Shown here piece after piece: positions 58,478 to 64,000 of a stretch of DNA of 64,000 nt. The DNA comes from an uncultured Bacilli bacterium (GTDB lineage Bacteria > Bacillota_I > Bacilli_A > RFN20 > CAG-826). The first letter of the stretch is position 1, and each line of letters begins with the position of its first letter. Both the position numbers and the translations under genes were made by a program. The notes beneath the pieces are model-generated. The model saw only the letters and a list, made by a program, of their open reading frames with translations, searched no databases and was not told the origin of the DNA. Where the stretch lies: NCBI GenBank assembly GCA_934700895.1, contig CAKUXV010000001.1:60070-124069 (forward strand), in the 5' to 3' direction.

Positions 58478-59209
58478 ATGAATCCCACGCAAGCATTACC
58501 CAAATATTTGGAAATTAAGACGAATTTGATCACGCAAATCAAGACGGGAGACTTTTGCAAAGCAGAGATGCTTCCGACAGAAAAAGAACTTTGTTCCCGG
58601 TATGGAGTTTCGCGTATCACGATTCGCAAAACTCTGGATGAACTCAAAAAAGAAGGGTATGTTTCCTCCCGTCCTGGGTTTGGAACGAAGATCAATCATC
58701 ATAAGGAAGATTTATCGGCTTTTACCTTGGTTGAAAGCTTCACTTCTGAGATGAAGGAGTACGGTTCGAAGATCAAAACCATCAAAGCGTCCCTTACGAT
58801 TGTTTACGCCGATGAAGAGCGTGCAAGGGAGATGCGTTGCGATATCGGCGATAAACTTTACAATTTAAAGCGTGTACGCGGGGATGAGAAAGGCCCTATC
58901 GTCTATAGCGATACTTGGCTGCGTTTGCCCTTTGATTTGCCAAGCACCCAAGATTTCCTATACGGATCCCTTTACCAATGCCTCATTGAAAAAGGGCTTT
59001 ATTTTTCCCGATTTGAAGAATGCTTATCCGCCCAGAGGAGCACCGCCGCCATCGAAGAAATGCTCCAACAAGAAGAAAATGGCATTGTGTTAAAGCGTGT
59101 TCGTCGCGGTTATGATGCTAATAAGCGTATGATCGAGCTCACGGATAATTTCTATAATCCCGAACGTTATTCTTACGAAGTTGAAGTCGATTCCATTCAT
59201 AAAATTTAA
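58478..59209 (+). CDS. GntR-family transcriptional regulator, HutC subfamily (HTH plus UTRA effector domain)
   Basis: N-terminal GntR HTH (LPTEKELCSRYGVSRITIRKTLDELKKEGYV) and a C-terminal UTRA-like domain. Start chosen at MNPTQ. Confidence 0.8.
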   Translation: MNPTQALPKYLEIKTNLITQIKTGDFCKAEMLPTEKELCSRYGVSRITIRKTLDELKKEGYVSSRPGFGTKINHHKEDLSAFTLVESFTSEMKEYGSKIKTIKASLTIVYADEERAREMRCDIGDKLYNLKRVRGDEKGPIVYSDTWLRLPFDLPSTQDFLYGSLYQCLIEKGLYFSRFEECLSAQRSTAAIEEMLQQEENGIVLKRVRRGYDANKRMIELTDNFYNPERYSYEVEVDSIHKI

Positions 59210-59221
59210 ATGTATTAGAAA

Positions 59222-59265
59222 GGTACTATTTCTTGTTGACACATTAGTAGTACCAAGTTTATGAT
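59222..59265 (+). promoter_or_regulatory. Sigma-A-type promoter (TTGACA-18-TATGAT) for the sugar ABC operon, overlapped by the inverted repeat GGTACTA...TAGTACC
   Basis: TTGACA at 59236-59241 and TATGAT at 59260-59265. The 7-bp inverted repeat arms flank the -35 element and are a likely repressor site. Confidence 0.45.
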
Positions 59266-59289
59266 GATGCCAGTAGAGGAAGCGCTTAC

Positions 59290-60396
59290 ATGGCATATTT
59301 GGAATTCGAACACGTCGGCAAGACCTACCCCAATGGTTTCGAGGCCGTCAAAGATTTAAACCTTTCTGTGGAGAAAAACGAGTTCGTCGTTTTCGTCGGT
59401 CCTTCGGGATGCGGCAAAACCACGTCCTTGCGTATGCTCGCGGGTTTGGAAGACATCACCGCAGGAACCATCTCCATTAACGGAACGGTCGTCAACGATT
59501 TGGAACCTAAGGATCGCAATATCGCGATGGTATTCCAGAATTACGCTCTTTATCCCCATATGACTGTTTATGACAACATGGTCTATGGATTGAAATTCCA
59601 GCACGTTAAGAAAGAAGAACAAAAAGCGCGTGTTGAAGAAGCCATGAAGATTCTTGGCTTCGATGAATCCCTTTTAAAACGGAAACCCGCTCAGCTTTCT
59701 GGCGGACAAAAGCAGCGTGTCGCTTTAGGCCGTGCCATCGTTCGTCGCCCCGATGTTTTCTTAATGGATGAACCTTTGTCCAACCTTGATGCCAAACTTC
59801 GCATCACGATGCGCGAAGAAATTATTCGCATCCACCGCGAAGCCACCGCAACCACCATTTACGTTACCCACGACCAGACCGAAGCCATGACGATGGCCGA
59901 CAAAATCGTCGTCATGAACCTTGGCGTTGTGCAGCAAATCGCTTCCCCAGAAGAACTTTACGATTATCCGGCCAACGTCTTTGTCTCGACCTTTATCGGC
60001 GCCCCGGCCATGAATGTGATTCCGTCCCATTTGGAAAACGGCGTTTTGACCTTCCAAAGCGGCAACCGCGTCGAATTGCCCAAAGAACACTTGGAATTCT
60101 ACAAAGACTACGAAGGGAAAGACGTCCTTTTCGGCATCCGCCCCGAGGATTTCTATTTGGAAGAAGGCGACATCAAATCCAAGATGGCTCATCCCTTCCG
60201 CGGCAAAATCGACATCGTCGAATTGTTAGGATTTGAAACTATCCACTATATTCAAGACCAAGATGTCCGCATCGTGGCCAAAGTCCCCCATAAGAGCCCC
60301 TACCGCCAAGGCGATGAAGTGACTTTCTTCATCGACATGAGCAAATACGCTTTATTCGATTGCGAATCGACCCTTCGCATTCCGCGGGAGCATTGA
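59290..60396 (+). CDS. msmK: Sugar ABC transporter ATP-binding protein (MsmK/MalK/UgpC type)
   Basis: Walker A GPSGCGKTT, signature LSGGQKQRVALGRA, Walker B FLMDEPLSNLD, and a C-terminal TOBE regulatory domain. 368 aa. Confidence 0.9.
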   Translation: MAYLEFEHVGKTYPNGFEAVKDLNLSVEKNEFVVFVGPSGCGKTTSLRMLAGLEDITAGTISINGTVVNDLEPKDRNIAMVFQNYALYPHMTVYDNMVYGLKFQHVKKEEQKARVEEAMKILGFDESLLKRKPAQLSGGQKQRVALGRAIVRRPDVFLMDEPLSNLDAKLRITMREEIIRIHREATATTIYVTHDQTEAMTMADKIVVMNLGVVQQIASPEELYDYPANVFVSTFIGAPAMNVIPSHLENGVLTFQSGNRVELPKEHLEFYKDYEGKDVLFGIRPEDFYLEEGDIKSKMAHPFRGKIDIVELLGFETIHYIQDQDVRIVAKVPHKSPYRQGDEVTFFIDMSKYALFDCESTLRIPREH

Positions 60397-60398
60397 GA

Positions 60399-62195
60399 AT
60401 GATTCCCTTTTCCTACTTGGAAAAAGAAGGGCTCCTTTCTTTTGAAAAGCCCGCGGTCCTTTCTTCCATGGAAGTGGAAGGAACGGTCGCTTTCCTTTCG
60501 TTTTCCCTAGACGGCGAACGTTTCTTCGAAGAGGAAATCCGCCAGGAAGGAACGCGTTTGGATTTGAAAAATCTCGTCTGCTCTTTTCTTCGAATCGAGG
60601 GCGCTAAACCCATTTCTTTGGAAGAAGGAGAGGGCTATATTGGAGTTCCGGAGGAAGCATTCACCTCGCTTTTCCAGACCCAAAAGGGCTGGATGGGCGG
60701 AGACGGCTTATTCACCTTCAACTTATTCGATAACCGCAACGACGAACCGGATCGCGTTCGGACCTTATGCGTTTTCGGGGACACGTTCGTGAACACCCGT
60801 TCCTCTCATGACGTTCGCTTGGACCCGTGGCTTATGCCCCACAATTCCTATGCGATCATCGAAGGAGCAGAACCCAAGAAAGAAGCCACGGCCTTCCACG
60901 TTAAGCAAGATCAAAAAGGGCATTTCGGCTCTTACTTAGAACCTCATAATCCTCAAAGCTTTTCTGGAACCATGGCCGATAATTTAGTGGCTTATGGAGA
61001 AAAGAAGGGGGACGTGTATCTAAGTTCCTATGATCCCGAGAAACCGATTGTATTGAAATTTTGCTTTGGCAAAGTTTATCCCCTCAAGCAAATCCGTGTC
61101 GTGAATTATTCTAGGCCAGATCCCTTTAGCGTGGGTTATGCTCGTCGCGGCGTGAAGAGAATGAACGTTTTGGCCTATGCCCATGGCAAACTCCAAAAAG
61201 AAAAAGAAGTCACCCTCCGTATGGCGGAAGGAGCGATGGACGAACAGCTCATCTCCCTTGTCGCGGAAGCCGACGCCGTGGAATTCCATATCCCTAACGA
61301 GAATGGAATCGGCAATTATGGCGGAATTGGCGGTAACGAGGGCTTATTTGGCTTAAGCAAAGTCTATTTTGATACGGAACATAGCACCCTTATCGACATC
61401 CAGGCCGATGCAAACTTCGAACTTGCTTGCTCGGATAAAAACGGTTGGTTCTGGTTGCAGGATGGCATCATCCAAAATGGATATTTCTATTCTTTGCCTT
61501 TAGTTGGCGTGAGCGACCTCGCTCAACCGGAAGGATTCCAGTTCCGGATCGAAGGGGTGTCGATGCTTCGCCTCCCCATCGAAAATGGCTATCCCAATTT
61601 TGATAAAGCGGAACAAAAGGCGACCAACCTCCATCAACGCTATGGAACGATTGAAGCCTTTTATGGCGCGGGGATCCTCGATTCTGTCCAAGAAGATGGA
61701 TACGTCTATGTTTACGGCTATTTAACCGACCAAAATCATTTGGAAAACGGAAAAGAGATGGTGGTTGCCAGGACCAAGGATTTCTCCAACATCAACGAAT
61801 GGGAATTCTTTGATGGGACCTCCTTCCAAAAAGACATCACCAAGTCTGCCCCCTTGCTCCATCACGTCTCTTGCGAACTCTCGGTTTTCAAGAATTTAGA
61901 CCAATATGTCGCGATCTTCACTTACGACGTTCAGTCCCCCTATGTCGCTTATAGCTTGAGCCCCACCCCCTATGGTCCCTTTGGACCCATTCGCATCGCT
62001 TATGCGGACACGTCCAAATATTGCCCGCATGAATATCACTACAACGCGAAGGGCCACAAGCATTTGTCTCATCCAGGCGGGATTCTAGCCTCCTATAACG
62101 TCAATACGTCGGACTTAGGAGAGAATCTGGAATTCGCCAGCTGCTACGGACCTCGATTTGTCCGTCTTCAATACGTTCGCGGAGGTAAGAAATGA
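60399..62195 (+). CDS. Uncharacterised cytoplasmic protein (598 aa) translationally coupled between the ABC ATPase and permease genes; putative novel carbohydrate-active enzyme
   Basis: ATG at 60399 lies 2 nt after the msmK stop, and its own stop overlaps the permease start (ATGATGG). No signal peptide or TM segment. Motifs include KGWMGGDGLFTFNL, GNYGGIGGNEG and tandem Tyr/Gly-rich segments. No confident family assignment. Confidence 0.5.
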   Translation: MIPFSYLEKEGLLSFEKPAVLSSMEVEGTVAFLSFSLDGERFFEEEIRQEGTRLDLKNLVCSFLRIEGAKPISLEEGEGYIGVPEEAFTSLFQTQKGWMGGDGLFTFNLFDNRNDEPDRVRTLCVFGDTFVNTRSSHDVRLDPWLMPHNSYAIIEGAEPKKEATAFHVKQDQKGHFGSYLEPHNPQSFSGTMADNLVAYGEKKGDVYLSSYDPEKPIVLKFCFGKVYPLKQIRVVNYSRPDPFSVGYARRGVKRMNVLAYAHGKLQKEKEVTLRMAEGAMDEQLISLVAEADAVEFHIPNENGIGNYGGIGGNEGLFGLSKVYFDTEHSTLIDIQADANFELACSDKNGWFWLQDGIIQNGYFYSLPLVGVSDLAQPEGFQFRIEGVSMLRLPIENGYPNFDKAEQKATNLHQRYGTIEAFYGAGILDSVQEDGYVYVYGYLTDQNHLENGKEMVVARTKDFSNINEWEFFDGTSFQKDITKSAPLLHHVSCELSVFKNLDQYVAIFTYDVQSPYVAYSLSPTPYGPFGPIRIAYADTSKYCPHEYHYNAKGHKHLSHPGGILASYNVNTSDLGENLEFASCYGPRFVRLQYVRGGKK

Positions 62196-63082
62196 TGGAT
62201 CACGCATCCAAACCGAAAAAAGCGACTTTCAAACCGAAGAAGCCGCATTCGAAAAAAGCCCATTCCATTCGAGAAAAGGTCATCGCCTACATTTTCCTTG
62301 TCCTTTGCTCCATCTTCTTTGTTGTCCCCTTACTTTGGATGCTTTTAACAGCCTTAAAGTCCACGGAAGATTTGCAAACCGGCGTTTTCTTCCCGACGAA
62401 ACTTTATTGGGATAACTTCAAAACCGCGGTGAAATCCGTCCCCTTTGGCCAATATACGTTCAATTCCCTTTATTACGCTTTGTTCGCCACAATCGGTACG
62501 GTTTTCTCCTGCACCATCACTTCCTATGCCTTTGCTAAGCTCAATTGGCCGGGTAGAGACAAACTGTTCATGGTTCTTATCGCGACCATGGTCATCCCCT
62601 CTCAAATCATCCAGATTCCTTTGTATATCATCTATTTCAAACTCGGCTGGATCGATACGTATAACCCCTTGATCATTCCTCTTTGGTTTGGAGTTGGTCA
62701 GGCCGCGAACATCTTCTTGCTCCGCCAATTCTTCATGGGCATTCCCAATTCGTTAAAGGAATCCGCTCGTTTGGATGGGGCGAATGAATTCCAGATTTTC
62801 TGGACCATCATGTTGCCGCTTGTCCGTCAAATGCTTGTCGTTGTAGCCATCATGACGTTCCTGAACTGCTGGAATGATTTCTACAACCCCTTGCTTTATA
62901 TCAACGATTCGAACCTCTTCCCCCTTGCCTACGCGATTCGCACCTTCGCCACGCAATATTCCAACCAAAACAACCTGATTATGGCGGCCTCCCTCATCAT
63001 GACGATTCCGTCCCTCATTCTCTTCTTCCTCGCGCAGAAGCAGATTGTTGGCTCGGTAGCCCATACGGGGACCAAGGGATAG
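62192..63082 (+). CDS. Carbohydrate ABC transporter permease (MalG/UgpE-like)
   Basis: 296 aa with six TM helices and the EAA loop (LKESARLDGANEFQIFWTIMLP). Confidence 0.85.
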   Translation: MMDHASKPKKATFKPKKPHSKKAHSIREKVIAYIFLVLCSIFFVVPLLWMLLTALKSTEDLQTGVFFPTKLYWDNFKTAVKSVPFGQYTFNSLYYALFATIGTVFSCTITSYAFAKLNWPGRDKLFMVLIATMVIPSQIIQIPLYIIYFKLGWIDTYNPLIIPLWFGVGQAANIFLLRQFFMGIPNSLKESARLDGANEFQIFWTIMLPLVRQMLVVVAIMTFLNCWNDFYNPLLYINDSNLFPLAYAIRTFATQYSNQNNLIMAASLIMTIPSLILFFLAQKQIVGSVAHTGTKG

Positions 63083-63095
63083 GAGGGCAAACAAG

Positions 63096-64000
63096 ATGAA
63101 AAAGAAATCAACAGCATTCCTCGCTTTATTAGGAGGAATCGTCCTCGCAAGTTGCAAGCCACCCCTATGGTTCATTCCCAAAGATGACGCGACCGACTAT
63201 GGAGAAAGACAACAACTCATTTTCTATCATCAGTGGCAGCGCGGCGCGACAGGCTATGCCGAAATCAATGGACTCATCAAGGAATTTAACGCTTCCGACG
63301 TCGCGAAGAAATATAACGTCGCGATTAAAGGCAACGGCGTAAACTTCTGGGACTATTGGGACAAGGTCAATCTCGCCATTTCCGGCGGATCGGCCCCGGA
63401 CATCTATCTTCATACGGTTTCTGACGTTCCGCTTCGGGCCCGTTATAACCTCGACTTGACCGCGATGGAAGAAGAAGACACCGCCAAGGGCATTGAAACC
63501 CTGAAGGCCGAAGACATGTTCTTCCCCACCCAAATCAGCGATATCGCCAAATACGACGAAAACAATCATATGAAGGCCTGGCCGTTCTCGGCGACGGTTC
63601 GCGTTGTTTATTACAACAAAGACCTCTTCCGAGCTGCCGGCATCACGGATACTCCCAAGACTTGGGCGGAGATGGAAACGATTTCCCAAAAACTCACCCA
63701 ATACAAAGAAGAAGGGAATCCCTCCTCCGGTTATAAGGTCGTGGGATATGACCCCTTCTCCGGAGAAGGGCAATACGTCCATCAATGGGGATGGCTCTCC
63801 GGCCATTCGTTTTGGGGCAAAGATCCTTCTAACGGCCGCCCCGTCCCCCAATTCAACGACGCCACCTACATCAAAAACCTGGAATCGCTTTATTACGATT
63901 CCTATTGCCGCAAAGATGCGCAAGCCCGTCAAAATCTCGAAGACTTTATGGCGGATGTCGGCAAAACCGGCGCTGACCCCTTCGTCTCGGGAAAACTCGG
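63096..64000 (+). CDS. Extracellular sugar-binding lipoprotein of the ABC transporter (partial; runs past the window end)
   Basis: AGGAGGG RBS and ATG at 63096. Signal peptide plus lipobox MKKKSTAFLALLGGIVLASC. Family-1 solute-binding-protein features (WAEMETISQKL..., VVYYNKDLF). It is absent from the ORF track because it is truncated by the window. Confidence 0.75.
   Translation, partial: MKKKSTAFLALLGGIVLASCKPPLWFIPKDDATDYGERQQLIFYHQWQRGATGYAEINGLIKEFNASDVAKKYNVAIKGNGVNFWDYWDKVNLAISGGSAPDIYLHTVSDVPLRARYNLDLTAMEEEDTAKGIETLKAEDMFFPTQISDIAKYDENNHMKAWPFSATVRVVYYNKDLFRAAGITDTPKTWAEMETISQKLTQYKEEGNPSSGYKVVGYDPFSGEGQYVHQWGWLSGHSFWGKDPSNGRPVPQFNDATYIKNLESLYYDSYCRKDAQARQNLEDFMADVGKTGADPFVSGKL

Noticed and set aside
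63165-63932. 255-aa minus-strand ORF at the window end
   Set aside because: It is antisense to the clearly supported plus-strand sugar-binding lipoprotein gene, which has an RBS, signal peptide, lipobox and solute-binding-protein motifs.
1-64000. CRISPR arrays, rRNA genes, IS elements or transposases, integrases, prophage genes
   Set aside because: I saw no regularly spaced direct repeats, no rRNA-like sequence, and no transposase or integrase ORFs. The only mobile-element-like signals are the decayed TA remnants and the tRNA-adjacent nucleotidyltransferase gene, which are reported separately.

Overview
This is a chromosomal window from a low-GC Gram-positive bacterium with Mollicutes/Erysipelotrichia-like traits. 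Those traits are a Mycoplasma-type PotA carrying a large internal insertion, many Cys-lipobox lipoproteins, a short SufD, glycolipid-type GT4 glycosyltransferases and ECF transport. Gene density is high and most genes are housekeeping. The calls are: recN (partial), htpG behind a CIRCE-like operator, and a cytoplasmic glycan-utilisation cluster (aldose 1-epimerase, GH20-like hydrolase, GH95 alpha-L-fucosidase). Next come the anaerobic genes nrdDG and pflAB, which flank an FNR-type regulator with two perfect TTGAT-N4-ATCAA boxes. Then degV, nadE, a flippase-like membrane protein plus a GT4 enzyme, recX, yhaM, hit, and two tandem large lipoproteins. A contiguous origin-proximal array follows: sufCDSUB-mnmG-rsmG-parA-parB. 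After that come an FMN riboswitch controlling an ECF S-component (RibU), a decayed AbiEi/AbiEii toxin-antitoxin locus, potABCD, a DUF308-like membrane protein, and a second decayed HTH/nucleotidyltransferase locus. The rest is thyA-folA, an XRE-HTH membrane protein, a second GT4 enzyme, a frameshifted alpha/beta hydrolase, a GH3 beta-glucosidase, tRNA-Leu(CAG) and tRNA-Arg(CCG), a minimal nucleotidyltransferase, a MATE efflux pump, a histidine phosphatase, a candidate Mn2+ (yybP-ykoY-like) riboswitch ahead of a CaCA antiporter, and a GntR-controlled sugar ABC operon. That operon holds a translationally coupled, uncharacterised 598-aa cytoplasmic protein, which is the best candidate for new biology here. 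No CRISPR array, rRNA gene, intact IS element or prophage was seen. All calls rest on reading the sequence and recognising motifs; nothing was searched or folded.
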